Positions 18,102 to 27,729 are shown, counted from the first letter of the stretch. The stretch is 64,000 nt of DNA from Candidatus Eiseniibacteriota bacterium (GCA_013140805.1 JABFRW010000055.1:4102-68101), one strand, 5' to 3'. Notes: generated by a model not told the origin, from the letters alone. Made by a program: numbers and translations.

Positions 18102-19276
18102 CAGCGGGCCTTTCCGGTCGCAAGCTCGGCCGGTTTCATCGTCGACTTCTCGCCCCGCCGCTTCGCGACCGCGTCTGCGAACGCTTTGAACCACGGGCGC
18201 GAGTCATGCGGGCCGGGGGCGGACTCAGGGTGGTACTGACACGCGAACACCGGGAGCTTGCGATGCACCATGCCCTCGAGTGAGCGGTCGTTGCCGCTCA
18301 CGTGCGTGATCTCGAACTCGCCCTCCGGCATCGAGTCGACGTCCACATAGAAGCCGTGGTTCTGCGAGGTCACCTCGACGGCATGGGTGCGCAGGTCGAT
18401 CACCGGGTGATTGATGCCTCGATGTCCGAACTTGAGCTTGCCGCTTTTTCCCCCGAACGCGAGGCCGATCAACTGGTGGCCCAGGCAGATGCCGAGCGTG
18501 GGCACCGCCTTCGCCACTTCGCGCGTGGCGTCGATCGCGAAGTCGAGCGGCTCCGGGTCGCCCGGGCCATTCGACAGCACGACGCCATCGGGCTTCATCG
18601 CGAGCACCTCGCGCGCGGGCGTGCGCGCCGGCACCACACGCACGCGGAAGCCCTCGATGCGCAGCCGCCGCAGAATGTTGTACTTGACGCCAAAGTCGTA
18701 GACCAGGGCGAGAGGCTTCGCGGCATCGGCCGCGTCGTCGGTCTCGGCAGGCCCGAAAGCGCCCCACCAGTAGGGCTCGCTGGTCGTGACGAGATCGGCG
18801 AGTGCCAGGCCCATCATGCTCGGGCTCCTGCGCGCCTTCTCGACCAGCACGTCGGCGTCGGACTCGGTCGCCGAGAGACAGCCACGCATGACGCCGGCGG
18901 AGCGCAGGTGACGCGTGAGTGCTCGGGTATCGATGCCGCAGATCCCGGGCACGTTGCGCTGCTCGAGCAAGTCTTGAAGCCGCCCAGTCGAGCGCCAGTT
19001 GCTTGGCACCTCGCATACCTCGCGACAGATCATGCCCTGCGCGCGGAGGCGATCGCTCTCGAAGTCCTCGGAGTTGACGCCGTAATTGCCCATGAGCGGA
19101 TAAGTGAAGGTGACGATCTGGCCGCAGTAGGAAGGATCGCTCAACACTTCCTGGTAGCCGCTCATTGCGGTGTTGAACACCACTTCGCCGGTCGTCTCGG
19201 TGGGCGCACCGAACGACTCGCCGCGGAATACGCGGCCATCTTCCAGCGCGAGGATCGCCGGCGGGCGACGCTTCAC
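18101..19276 (-). CDS. carA: Carbamoyl-phosphate synthase small subunit (glutamine amidotransferase)
   Basis: [50 protein letters not shown]...GICLGHQLI (class I GATase). GTG at 19276 overlaps the pyrC stop (GTGA). Confidence 0.9.
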   Translation of the reverse strand: MKRRPPAILALEDGRVFRGESFGAPTETTGEVVFNTAMSGYQEVLSDPSYCGQIVTFTYPLMGNYGVNSEDFESDRLRAQGMICREVCEVPSNWRSTGRLQDLLEQRNVPGICGIDTRALTRHLRSAGVMRGCLSATESDADVLVEKARRSPSMMGLALADLVTTSEPYWWGAFGPAETDDAADAAKPLALVYDFGVKYNILRRLRIEGFRVRVVPARTPAREVLAMKPDGVVLSNGPGDPEPLDFAIDATREVAKAVPTLGICLGHQLIGLAFGGKSGKLKFGHRGINHPVIDLRTHAVEVTSQNHGFYVDVDSMPEGEFEITHVSGNDRSLEGMVHRKLPVFACQYHPESAPGPHDSRPWFKAFADAVAKRRGEKSTMKPAELATGKAR

Positions 19277-20601
19277 ATCGCCCCCACGGCCGCGCCCGTT
19301 TCGGCGCCGCGACGAATCACGACTGCGGGAAGCGCGTGCGTGATCCGACCGCCGCACATCGTGAGTGCTGCGCGACCGCGAACCTGCATCCCACCAAACG
19401 GCGTGTTGCGGCCCTTCGAGTAGAAGGCTGCAGGCTCGACCGTCCAGCGCTCCTCCGGCTCGAGCAGCACCAGGTCGGCGGGCGAGCCCACTTCGAGCGA
19501 AACCTGCGGAAGCCCGAACACGCGCCGCGGCGCATCGGTCCACAGCTCGATCGCGCGAGCGAGCGACAGGTGACCGGGCTCGACGAGCCCGGTCACGGTG
19601 AGCGCGATCGCGGTCTCGAGCCCCACGATCCCGAAGGGTGCCGCATCAAAGGTCTGGCGCTTCTCTTCGAAGGTGTGGGGGGCGTGATCGGTGGTGAGGC
19701 AATCGATCGTTCCATCCACGATCGCTTCGATGGTCGCAAGGCGGTCGTGCTCGGCGCGCAGTGGCGGATTCATCTTGGCGTGTGTGTCGTAATCGCCGAC
19801 GGCTTCCTCGGTGAGCATCCAGTAGTGCGGGCAGGTTTCGCCGGTCACGTTCAGGCCGCGCCGCCTCGCATGGCGCAAGGCTTCGAACGAGCTCGCGCAC
19901 GAGAGGTGTGCCAGGTGCACGCGACCGCGCGTAAGCGCCGCGAGATCGACGTCGCGCCACGCCATCACGCTCTCGGCCTGGCTCGGAATGCCGCGGATCC
20001 CGAGCCGCGTTGCGACCGCGCCTTCGTTCATGTGGCCATCGCCCTTGAGCGTGAGGTCTTCCTCGTGACACACGATCGGCAGCCCGAGCGGACGCGAGTA
20101 TTCGAGTGCCCGGCGCATGATCGCCGCACTCATTACCGGGCGCCCGTCGTCCGAGAACGCGACCGCACCCGCGGCGGCCAGTGCATGCATCTCGGCGAGC
20201 TGCTCGCCCTTCTGGCCGAGTGTCACCACGGCGATCGGATGCACGCGGCAGTGGCCAGACTCGGCCGCGCGCTCGAGTACCCAGCGCACCCACGCTACGT
20301 TGTCGACCACCGGGTTCGTGTTGGGCATGCACGCGACCGCGGTGAATCCGCCCGCCGCAGCCGCGCGCGTGCCGGTCGCGATCGACTCCTTTGAGGTCTG
20401 TCCGGGCTCTCGCAGGTGTACGTGCAGATCGACGAGCCCCGGGGCGAGTACCCGGCCCGCGGCCTCGATCAGCGTGTCGGACTTGATCTCGGCGGATTGC
20501 GACGGGCGCACCTCGACGATCGCGCCGTCTCGCATCGCGACATCGATCGTCGCGCCGCTCTTCCAATGGCGTGCGCCCTGCAGGATCGTCACGCCGCTCA
20601 C
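19273..20601 (-). CDS. pyrC: Dihydroorotase (multifunctional-complex type)
   Basis: VTILQGARHWKSGATIDVAMRDGAIVEV...GLVDLHVHLREPGQTSKESIATGTRAAAAGGFT...DHAPH. GTG at 20601 overlaps the pyrB stop (GTGA); an alternative in-frame ATG lies at 20634. Confidence 0.85.
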   Translation of the reverse strand: MSGVTILQGARHWKSGATIDVAMRDGAIVEVRPSQSAEIKSDTLIEAAGRVLAPGLVDLHVHLREPGQTSKESIATGTRAAAAGGFTAVACMPNTNPVVDNVAWVRWVLERAAESGHCRVHPIAVVTLGQKGEQLAEMHALAAAGAVAFSDDGRPVMSAAIMRRALEYSRPLGLPIVCHEEDLTLKGDGHMNEGAVATRLGIRGIPSQAESVMAWRDVDLAALTRGRVHLAHLSCASSFEALRHARRRGLNVTGETCPHYWMLTEEAVGDYDTHAKMNPPLRAEHDRLATIEAIVDGTIDCLTTDHAPHTFEEKRQTFDAAPFGIVGLETAIALTVTGLVEPGHLSLARAIELWTDAPRRVFGLPQVSLEVGSPADLVLLEPEERWTVEPAAFYSKGRNTPFGGMQVRGRAALTMCGGRITHALPAVVIRRGAETGAAVGAM

Positions 20602-21587
20602 GCGGCCGCCTTCGCGAGCGAGCCCGCGCACCATTCGAGCACCGCGCAGCGCACCGCCACACCGTTCTCGACCTGGTCGAAGATCACCGAGCGTTCGCCG
20701 TCGGCCACATCGGGCGCAATCTCGACGCCGCGATTCATGGGCCCCGGGTGCATGACGACTGCGTGCGGCTTCATGCGCGAGACGCGCTCGGCGTTGAGCC
20801 CCCACTCGCGCGCGTACTCGCCCATGCTCGGCAGCAGCCCGCACTCCATGCGCTCGCGCTGGATGCGCAGCGCCATCGCGGCGTCTGCGCCCTCGAGCGC
20901 CTCGTCGGCCGAATGCGCGACACGCACGCCGAGCGATTCGACTTCGGCCGGCAGCAGCGTCGCCGGGCCCGCGACCGTGATCGTCGCACCCAGCTTGCGC
21001 AGTCCGTGGATTGCGGAGCGCGCGACGCGTGAGTGCGCGATGTCACCGACGATCGCCATGCGGCGACCCTCGAATCGACCGTCCCAAGCGTCGCGCAGCG
21101 TCAGCAGGTCGAGCAGGCCCTGCGTCGGGTGCTCGTGCGTGCCGTCGCCGCCATTCACCACGATCGCGTCCAAGTGCCTCGCCAGGTGCGCGGCCGAACC
21201 CGATGACGGATGCCGCACCACCAGCACGTCCACGTTCATCGCGGCGATCACGCGCGCGGTATCGAGCAATGTCTCGCCCTTGGATACCGAAGAGCCGCTC
21301 GCGGAGAACGAAACGCGCGTAGCCCCGACCCGCTGCTCCGCCAGCTCGAACGAAATGCGCGTGCGCGTCGAGTCCTCGAAGAACGCGTTGCACACGGTCA
21401 CGCCTCGAGGCCTCTCGCACGGCAGTTCACGCGTGCGGGCCCGCTCGCGCCATTTGGCCGCATCCTCGAGGAGTGCGAGCAGCGTCTCGCGCTGCAGGTG
21501 TTCGAGGCCGAGCAGATGGCGCGGATGAGACGAAGCCCCTGCGCCGCTGGGCGCCGGGGCGTGTGGGTGCAATCGGGCATGGTTCAT
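20598..21587 (-). CDS. pyrB: Aspartate carbamoyltransferase catalytic subunit
   Basis: MNHARLHP...HLLGLEHL...FFEDSTRTRISFELA...HPTQGLLDLLT...PGPMNRGVEI. ATG at 21587 is preceded by AAAGGGAGAG; an alternative GTG lies at 21605. Confidence 0.9.
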   Translation of the reverse strand: MNHARLHPHAPAPSGAGASSHPRHLLGLEHLQRETLLALLEDAAKWRERARTRELPCERPRGVTVCNAFFEDSTRTRISFELAEQRVGATRVSFSASGSSVSKGETLLDTARVIAAMNVDVLVVRHPSSGSAAHLARHLDAIVVNGGDGTHEHPTQGLLDLLTLRDAWDGRFEGRRMAIVGDIAHSRVARSAIHGLRKLGATITVAGPATLLPAEVESLGVRVAHSADEALEGADAAMALRIQRERMECGLLPSMGEYAREWGLNAERVSRMKPHAVVMHPGPMNRGVEIAPDVADGERSVIFDQVENGVAVRCAVLEWCAGSLAKAAA

Positions 21588-21625
21588 CGGCTCTCCCTTT
21601 GCCACCTCTCGGGGCGGCCTTAAAG
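21588..21625 (-). promoter_or_regulatory. Putative PyrR-binding RNA motif over the pyrB ribosome-binding site
   Basis: Minus-strand leader GGCCGCCCCGAGAGGUGGCAAAGGGAGAGCCG-AUG matches the PyrR binding-loop consensus (UCCAGAGAGGCUGGCAAGG) with one or two changes. It directly abuts the RBS, which would favour translational repression. Confidence 0.55.
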
Positions 21626-21674
21626 GATGTGCGTGATCGGGAACTGGGGCGCGACTTTAGGTCACGCGTCTCCC

Positions 21675-22637
21675 CTACGCAACCCGATTTCCGGCACGAT
21701 CGAGATCGTGCTCGACCGGCTTCGGAGCGACACTCCGTGCCTTCGCCGGAGCCAGCGTGATCAGCGCGACTGCCCCCACGATCAGCGCACCCGACAGGAT
21801 CACGCGTGCCGTGATGGCCTCACCTCCGAACGCCCAGCCGAGCAGCACGGCGACGATCGGGTTCACGAACGCGTAGGTCGAAACCCGCGCAGGCGTCGTC
21901 GCGCTCAGCAGCCACGCATAGGCGGTGAATCCCACGATCGATCCGAACACGATCAGGTAGAGCATCGCGCTCACGGCGCGCGGAGTGATCGTCGCCGCGG
22001 CGAGCCGCGGCAGCTCCCCGGTCGCGACGATCGGCACCGTGAAGAGCGCGCCGGCGCACAGCATCTGCATCGCGGCACCCATCAGTTTGGAGGCCGGCAT
22101 CTCGAGCTTCGGCGCCTGCAACGAGCCATACGCCCACGCCAGCGAGCCGATGGTGAGCACGATGGCCGGAACGACCGGCATTGCGCCGCTCGCGCGCGTT
22201 GCCGCCGGGCCGACCAGCATCACGATGCCTGCAAATCCGACTGCGAGCCCCGCGATCACGGCGGGTGCGGGCGTCTTGTGCTCGAGCACGAACGGCAGGA
22301 TCGCCATCCACAGCGGCACCGTGCAGACGATCAGCGAGACGAGCCCCGAGGGCGCGTGCTGAGAGGACCAGGTCACGCCTGCGTTTCCCATGAACAGCAT
22401 GAGTCCGCCGAGGATCAGAGAGGAGCGCCACTGAGCGGCGGTCGGCAGTGCTGCGCCGCGCCACCTCAGGATCGCGAACAGCGCGCCACCCGCGATCAGG
22501 AATCGAATCCCGCCGAGCGAAAAGGGCGGGAACGATTCGAGCGCCCAGTGGATGCCGAGGTAGGTCGAGCCCCAGATCACGTACACACAGGCAAACGCGA
22601 TCAGGATGCGGGCACGGAGACTGCGCGGCATGTTCAT
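21675..22637 (-). CDS. EamA/DMT-superfamily transporter
   Basis: MNMPRSLRARILIAFACVYVIWGSTYLGIHWALE... with ten predicted TM helices and two EamA repeats. ATG at 22637 overlaps the lrp stop by 4 bp. Confidence 0.85.
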   Translation of the reverse strand: MNMPRSLRARILIAFACVYVIWGSTYLGIHWALESFPPFSLGGIRFLIAGGALFAILRWRGAALPTAAQWRSSLILGGLMLFMGNAGVTWSSQHAPSGLVSLIVCTVPLWMAILPFVLEHKTPAPAVIAGLAVGFAGIVMLVGPAATRASGAMPVVPAIVLTIGSLAWAYGSLQAPKLEMPASKLMGAAMQMLCAGALFTVPIVATGELPRLAAATITPRAVSAMLYLIVFGSIVGFTAYAWLLSATTPARVSTYAFVNPIVAVLLGWAFGGEAITARVILSGALIVGAVALITLAPAKARSVAPKPVEHDLDRAGNRVA

Positions 22638-23131
22638 CGCCGCGCTCCGGACTTCTTGCCGTTGGTCGTCACTGCCTCGCCCGCGGCAAGCGGCAGCGTC
22701 ATCGATTCCTTGAACGTGCCCAGCACGATCGTGGACTGCGTCGAACGCACGGTCGCGATCGAGCCAACGCGATCGCGCAACAGCCGGCCGAACTCCTCGG
22801 TGTTCTCGCACCGCACCTTGAGCAGGTAGCAGTCCTGCCCCGCCACATGGTGCACCTCGAGCACGTCGGGAATCTCGACCAGCGACTTGGCGGTGTCGTG
22901 CTCGCCGGTGCGCTCGTCGGTTCGCACCAGCACGAACGCGAGCAGCGAACGCCCGACTTGGACCGGCGCAACCTGCGCGTGGTAGCCGGTGATCACGCCA
23001 CGTTCTTCGAGCCGGCGGATGCGTTCGAGCACTGCCGAGGGCGCCATTCCGACCTGCCTCGCGATCTCGGCGTTCGCGATGCGGCCATCCTTCTGAAGCG
23101 CGGAAATGATCTTGAGATCGATCTCGTCCAT
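22634..23131 (-). CDS. Lrp/AsnC-family transcriptional regulator
   Basis: MDEIDLKIISALQKDGRIANAEIARQVGMAPSAVLERIRRLEERGVI (HTH) followed by a RAM domain. Co-oriented and overlapping with the EamA exporter. Confidence 0.85.
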   Translation of the reverse strand: MDEIDLKIISALQKDGRIANAEIARQVGMAPSAVLERIRRLEERGVITGYHAQVAPVQVGRSLLAFVLVRTDERTGEHDTAKSLVEIPDVLEVHHVAGQDCYLLKVRCENTEEFGRLLRDRVGSIATVRSTQSTIVLGTFKESMTLPLAAGEAVTTNGKKSGARR

Positions 23132-23314
23132 CGCCTTGTCCTCCCGTGAGGCGCAACGTGACACATTCTGCAGATGCGCTACAACGGAGAACGATCGTTT
23201 GTGAAATGAAGAACTATCTGAACAATCGTCTGTCGGTGCCCTCATTACAGGACGGATCCCCGTGCGACACGGTGGGTTTCGCGTTCGGCGGGGTGCGCGA
23301 GCCCGCGCGGCGGA

Positions 23315-23746
23315 TCAGCGCAGGCGGAAGTCGCGCACCACGTGGTCGACGCCGGCGCGATCGCGCGTGACCGGGCGGACGGTTGCAAACGTGGATTCGC
23401 CGCCTCGTCGCTCGGAGAACTGCAGCTCTTCGGCGCGGCCCGCGACAACGAAGTGGATGTGCGCCGGGATTCCGCCGGTCGGATACGCCCCAGGCCGGAT
23501 CGTTCGCACCTCGTAGCGTCCCAGCGAGTCGGTTCGCACCCACCCGTGCAGTCGCGCGATCGGCGCCGCCTGCGAGGTCTCGCCGTAGTAGCCACGAACA
23601 TCCGTGTGGTAGACGCTCATCACGAGGCGCCCTTCCTGCACGGGTACCAGCACCGGCCGCTGCACTGCGGCCGAGACCCACGACGCTGCCAACACCATCA
23701 GCAGCAACGCAGCCCCGCTCGACGTGAATACCTTCGCGAAACGCAT
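23315..23746 (-). CDS. Small secreted intradiol-dioxygenase-like protein
   Basis: In-frame signal peptide MRFAKVFTSSGAALLLMVLAASWVSAA. C-terminal GRYEVRTIRPGAYPTGGIPAHIHFVV resembles the intradiol dioxygenase Fe-ligand motif. Only about 143 aa. Confidence 0.5.
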   Translation of the reverse strand: MRFAKVFTSSGAALLLMVLAASWVSAAVQRPVLVPVQEGRLVMSVYHTDVRGYYGETSQAAPIARLHGWVRTDSLGRYEVRTIRPGAYPTGGIPAHIHFVVAGRAEELQFSERRGGESTFATVRPVTRDRAGVDHVVRDFRLR

Positions 23747-23772
23747 CGCCCTTCGACTCCTTCGCTTCGGCG

Positions 23773-25107
23773 TTACAGCAGCGTGCCCCGCAGCAGCAGG
23801 CTCGCGATCGAGAAGTAGATCACGATGCCGGTCACGTCGACGAGCGTCGCCACGAACGGGGCCGAGGCGCTCGCGGGATCGAGCCCGGCGCGGCGCAACA
23901 GCAGCGGCAGCATGGAGCCCATCAGGGTTCCGAACATCACCACGCCGATCACACTCGAACCAATCGTCAGCGCGATCAGGTGCGTGTGCGGGCCGTAGCT
24001 GTGGAACAGCGACTCCCAGATGTGGACGCGCACGAAGCCGATGAGGCCCAGGAACACGCCCATCACGAGCCCCTGCATGAGTTCGCGACGAACCACGTGC
24101 CACCAGTCGCCGAGCTTCACTTCGCCGAGCGCCATGGCGCGAATGACCAGCGTGGAGGCCTGCGAACCGGCGTTGCCGCCGCTCGAGATGATGAGCGGGA
24201 TGAACACCGACAACACCACTGCTTTCGCAATCTCGTGCTCGAAGCGGCCCATCGCGCTGGCGGTGAACATCTCGCCAACGAACAGCACCGCGAGCCACCC
24301 CACGCGCTTCTTGATCATGTCGGCGAACGGGGTGTCGAGGTACGGCGCATCGAGGGCCGCGGTACCACCGATCTTCTGGATGTCCTCGGTGGCCTCTTCC
24401 CGGATGACGTCGACGATGTCGTCGACCGTCACGATGCCCTTCATGCGGCCATCGGCATCCACGACCGGGATCGCCTGGAGGTCATGCTCCGCGAACAATC
24501 GCGACAGCTCTTCCTGGTCCATGTCCTCGCGCGCGGTGACGAGATCGGTGCTCATGATGTCGCGCACCGTCCTGGTGCTCGGTGCCGAGAACAGATCGCG
24601 GAACGACACCGCACCCGCCAGCTTGAGCTCCGCGTCGATCACGTAGACGTAGTAGACGTTCTCGAGCACCTCGCGCGCCTGCTTGCGCAGGTAGCTGAGC
24701 GCCTCGTCGACGGTGACGTCGGCGCGCACTCGAGCGTAGCGCGGATTCATGAGCCCGCCGGCGTCGTCCTCGGCGTAGGCCAGCAGTGCCGCCACTTCGT
24801 GCCGCGTCGGCCCATCGAGCAGCGACAGCAGCGTCTCTCGATGGCTGTCGTCCACCTCCTGTATGACGTCGGCGGCGTCGTCCGGCGGCAGCAGGCGCAT
24901 CCAGGAACGTCGCTGCGTCGACGCCATCGCCAGCAGCAGATCCGCCTGCTCGCGAGCGGGCAGCTCGAAGAACAGCTCCTCGGCGTCTTCGCGCTGCAGT
25001 TCCATGAACGCTTCGAAGCGCTCGTCGGGCGTCAGCAGGCGCCACGACTCGCGCAGGTCGGAACCGGCGAGATCGGCGGCGTGCTCGGTTTCGCTGCGCA
25101 GGGTCAT
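23773..25107 (-). CDS. mgtE: Magnesium transporter MgtE
   Basis: MgtE N-domain, tandem CBS domains and the C-terminal TM domain (...IISSGGNAGSQASTLVIRAMALGEV...). ATG at 25107. Confidence 0.9.
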   Translation of the reverse strand: MTLRSETEHAADLAGSDLRESWRLLTPDERFEAFMELQREDAEELFFELPAREQADLLLAMASTQRRSWMRLLPPDDAADVIQEVDDSHRETLLSLLDGPTRHEVAALLAYAEDDAGGLMNPRYARVRADVTVDEALSYLRKQAREVLENVYYVYVIDAELKLAGAVSFRDLFSAPSTRTVRDIMSTDLVTAREDMDQEELSRLFAEHDLQAIPVVDADGRMKGIVTVDDIVDVIREEATEDIQKIGGTAALDAPYLDTPFADMIKKRVGWLAVLFVGEMFTASAMGRFEHEIAKAVVLSVFIPLIISSGGNAGSQASTLVIRAMALGEVKLGDWWHVVRRELMQGLVMGVFLGLIGFVRVHIWESLFHSYGPHTHLIALTIGSSVIGVVMFGTLMGSMLPLLLRRAGLDPASASAPFVATLVDVTGIVIYFSIASLLLRGTLL

Positions 25108-25222
25108 GCGGGGCTCCGACTTGAGAACGCGCTCGGACTCGCGAACGCGGGCGCAGGCATTCGGCGCGCCCAACTTAGCCGCTACGCGGAGCGGACGTCC
25201 AGCGTTTCGGACTCGGCGCTGC

Positions 25223-27058
25223 TCAGGCGGCTTCCGACATCTCCACCGGGCGCTTGAGCGGCACGTCGATCACGAACAGGCTGCCGCCTTCGGCCCCCTT
25301 CTGAGCTCGAATCGTTCCGCCATGGGCCTGCACGATCGCGCTCGCGATCGGCAGTCCGAGGCCGAGGCCGCGCGCATTGAACTCGAGCCCTCGCGCCGAG
25401 TGATAGGTCAGCGAATCGGCGGCGCTGAATCCGTTCGCGAGCGCCGAGCCGATTCCCTCGACGTCGATGCCGATGCCGCTATCGCGCACCTCCACGTGCA
25501 GTCGTTCGCCGTGGCGGGTCACTCGCACGTCGACGCGCCCTCCGTCGGGAGTGAAGCGGATTCCATTGGCAACCAGCTGAAAGATCGCGTGCGCGAGGCT
25601 CTGCGAGTCGGCTTCGATGGTCAGATCGCCGGCTTCGCACACGAACTCGACCCGAACCGAACGGCCCGATCCGGCCGCGCGTCCGGCGTTGACGGCCTCT
25701 CTCACCAGCGACTGGACGTCCTGCGGCTGGAAGTCCAACTCGAGGCGTTCACCCGTCACACGCGCGAAGCGTGCCGAGTCCTCCGCCAGTCGCGTGAGCC
25801 GATCCAGATGCGAACGCATCTTCTGAAGCGCGCCCGCCTGGGCTGGATTGATCGCACCCAGTTCGCCATTGGCTAGCACGTCGTGATAGCCGATCAGCAC
25901 GCTGATCGGAGTGCGCAGCTCGTGCGACGCCACGGCGAGGAAGCGGCTCTTGAGCCGCTCGGCCTGCTCGAGTCCGCCAAAGTACGCGCGCGCCTGACGT
26001 CGCATGTCGGCGAAGCGATTCGCCAGATATCCGAGCTCGTCGTTGTTCTTCACCTTGAGCGGATAATCGTAGTTCCCCTTCTCCATTTCGCGCGCGCCCT
26101 GCACCAGGCTCTGGATCGGGCGCAGGATCTGCTCGCTGAACAGCAACCCGGTAATGCCTGCCGCCAGCAACGCGATCGCGGCCAGCACCAGCAGGTGCCG
26201 TCGCATGCGGCCCGCAAATTCGGTTTCGGGATCGAAGCTCCGCTGCATGGCGTACCACTGCGCAGCGCCCGGATCGGAGCCCGGCAGGCGACGCACCAGC
26301 GTCAGGAACTCCTGCCCGCCCGCCTTCACGCGCTCGACCGGGCGAAGATTCGGGTCGACCGCCGGGTCCGCCGAGAGTCTCGCCAGTTCCGCCAGCAGTG
26401 CGGCGCGCTCCTTAGGTCCTTCGAGCGTTGTCCCGGTGATCTCGGCGCCCGAAACGAACGTGACCTCGGACTTCATCATGGTGCGCAACTCGTGCGCGAG
26501 CGCCGGGCCGATCTCGCGACCCATGAGCAAAGCACCCACGATGCGACCGTCGGCGAAGACCGGCGTAAGCGCGACCTGAAAGTGGAGCTTTCGCTCGACC
26601 AGGATGCCCTCGACCGGCTGACCCTTGAGCACGGCGCGCACGAACCCCGCCCGCGCATCGCGCGACGAACTCGCAGCGCCCACCGAGGCCAGTACGCGAC
26701 CGCGGCGGTCGAGCACCTCGAAGACGTCGGTCTGGGCGATCTGATTGAAGTCCTTCGCCATGCCCCGCATGGTGGCGACGAAGCGGCTGTCCGACTGCGA
26801 GGGTCCGAGCATCAGCAGTGAGAAGAAGCGCGGATCGCGCGCGATCACACGCGCGCCGCCCGCCAGTTCCCGCGAGCGCGTCTGCAACACACTCTCGAAC
26901 ACCGAGACCGCGTGCTCGAGACTCTCGTGAATGCTCGACGAATCGACGTGCGCGGAGACGTTGCGATTGACGGTGAGCAGCGTCGCCGCGGCCAGCACCG
27001 CGGGCGTCAGCAGCACCAGCACGAGGATCTTCCAGCGCAGGCTGATGTGGGGGATCAC
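25223..27058 (-). CDS. Sensor histidine kinase (periplasmic sensor, HAMP, HisKA, HATPase)
   Basis: TM1, then a periplasmic domain of about 250 aa, then TM2 and HAMP. H-box ASHELRTPISVL. N/G boxes near the C-terminus (RDSGIGID...GLGLGLPIASAIV). No response regulator lies nearby. Confidence 0.85.
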   Translation of the reverse strand: MIPHISLRWKILVLVLLTPAVLAAATLLTVNRNVSAHVDSSSIHESLEHAVSVFESVLQTRSRELAGGARVIARDPRFFSLLMLGPSQSDSRFVATMRGMAKDFNQIAQTDVFEVLDRRGRVLASVGAASSSRDARAGFVRAVLKGQPVEGILVERKLHFQVALTPVFADGRIVGALLMGREIGPALAHELRTMMKSEVTFVSGAEITGTTLEGPKERAALLAELARLSADPAVDPNLRPVERVKAGGQEFLTLVRRLPGSDPGAAQWYAMQRSFDPETEFAGRMRRHLLVLAAIALLAAGITGLLFSEQILRPIQSLVQGAREMEKGNYDYPLKVKNNDELGYLANRFADMRRQARAYFGGLEQAERLKSRFLAVASHELRTPISVLIGYHDVLANGELGAINPAQAGALQKMRSHLDRLTRLAEDSARFARVTGERLELDFQPQDVQSLVREAVNAGRAAGSGRSVRVEFVCEAGDLTIEADSQSLAHAIFQLVANGIRFTPDGGRVDVRVTRHGERLHVEVRDSGIGIDVEGIGSALANGFSAADSLTYHSARGLEFNARGLGLGLPIASAIVQAHGGTIRAQKGAEGGSLFVIDVPLKRPVEMSEAA

Positions 27059-27729
27059 GGCTTCAGTTCCACGCTCAGGTCGCCGCGCGCCGGCATCTCG
27101 ACCGTGCGGCTGAACTCGCCGACTCGCGGGTGAAAGACGCGCAGCGTGTACTTGCCGGGCGGCAACACGGGAAGTCGCCAGGTCCCGAGCGACTCCGGCC
27201 GCGTGTAGGCGTGATTCGGCGTCACCACCAGATAACCTTGCTCCTCGGGATGGATGTCGCAGTGCAGATTGACGACACCCGCGCGCTCGAACGCGACGGT
27301 GTCACGCGCTCCGGGTGCGTTCTTGCCGAGGTCGAACCGGCGTGAGGAGGAGACGCTGAATACGTTGTGATAGATCTTGTCGAGGTTGTAGAAGGCGACG
27401 CTGCTACCGGCCGCGATCGACGCGACGCGGGGGCTGAATCGAGTCCGTTGCACCACGTTCAGCACCTCGACCGGGCGGCGGCTGCGAAAAAACAGGAAGC
27501 GGCGGCGACCGATGAGCTTGCGTTCGACTTCGGGCGGGATCTTCTCGACATAGATGACCGCGTCGGTCAGATCCCGCGGGAGCTTCGAGGCGCCGCCCGT
27601 CAGCCGCCCGGACACCGCCTTGAGCTGAAGCGTGCCCATCAGCACTCCGGCGCTCGCCGACGGCACGGGCCCGGCGAACTGAAGCAGCGATGCGATCAGT
27701 GCGACGACCAGCGTCCACATTCGACGCAT
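27055..27729 (-). CDS. Periplasmic cupredoxin-like (plastocyanin/azurin family) protein
   Basis: Signal peptide MRRMWTLVVALIASLLQFAGPVPSASA. Cupredoxin-like motifs AGSSVAFYNLDKIYHNVFSV (N-terminal His) and NLHCDIHPEEQGYLVV (Cys-x2-His, with Gln where the axial Met would be). 4-bp overlap with the histidine kinase start. Confidence 0.5.
   Translation of the reverse strand: MRRMWTLVVALIASLLQFAGPVPSASAGVLMGTLQLKAVSGRLTGGASKLPRDLTDAVIYVEKIPPEVERKLIGRRRFLFFRSRRPVEVLNVVQRTRFSPRVASIAAGSSVAFYNLDKIYHNVFSVSSSRRFDLGKNAPGARDTVAFERAGVVNLHCDIHPEEQGYLVVTPNHAYTRPESLGTWRLPVLPPGKYTLRVFHPRVGEFSRTVEMPARGDLSVELKP

Noticed and set aside
18302-20394. Plus-strand ORFs of 373 aa and 352 aa
   Set aside because: Antisense to carA and pyrC. 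No conserved motifs.
25108-25222. Possible M-box (Mg2+) riboswitch upstream of mgtE
   Set aside because: The leader is only about 115 nt, and I found no conserved M-box sequence blocks. It shows only a weak 5-bp hairpin.
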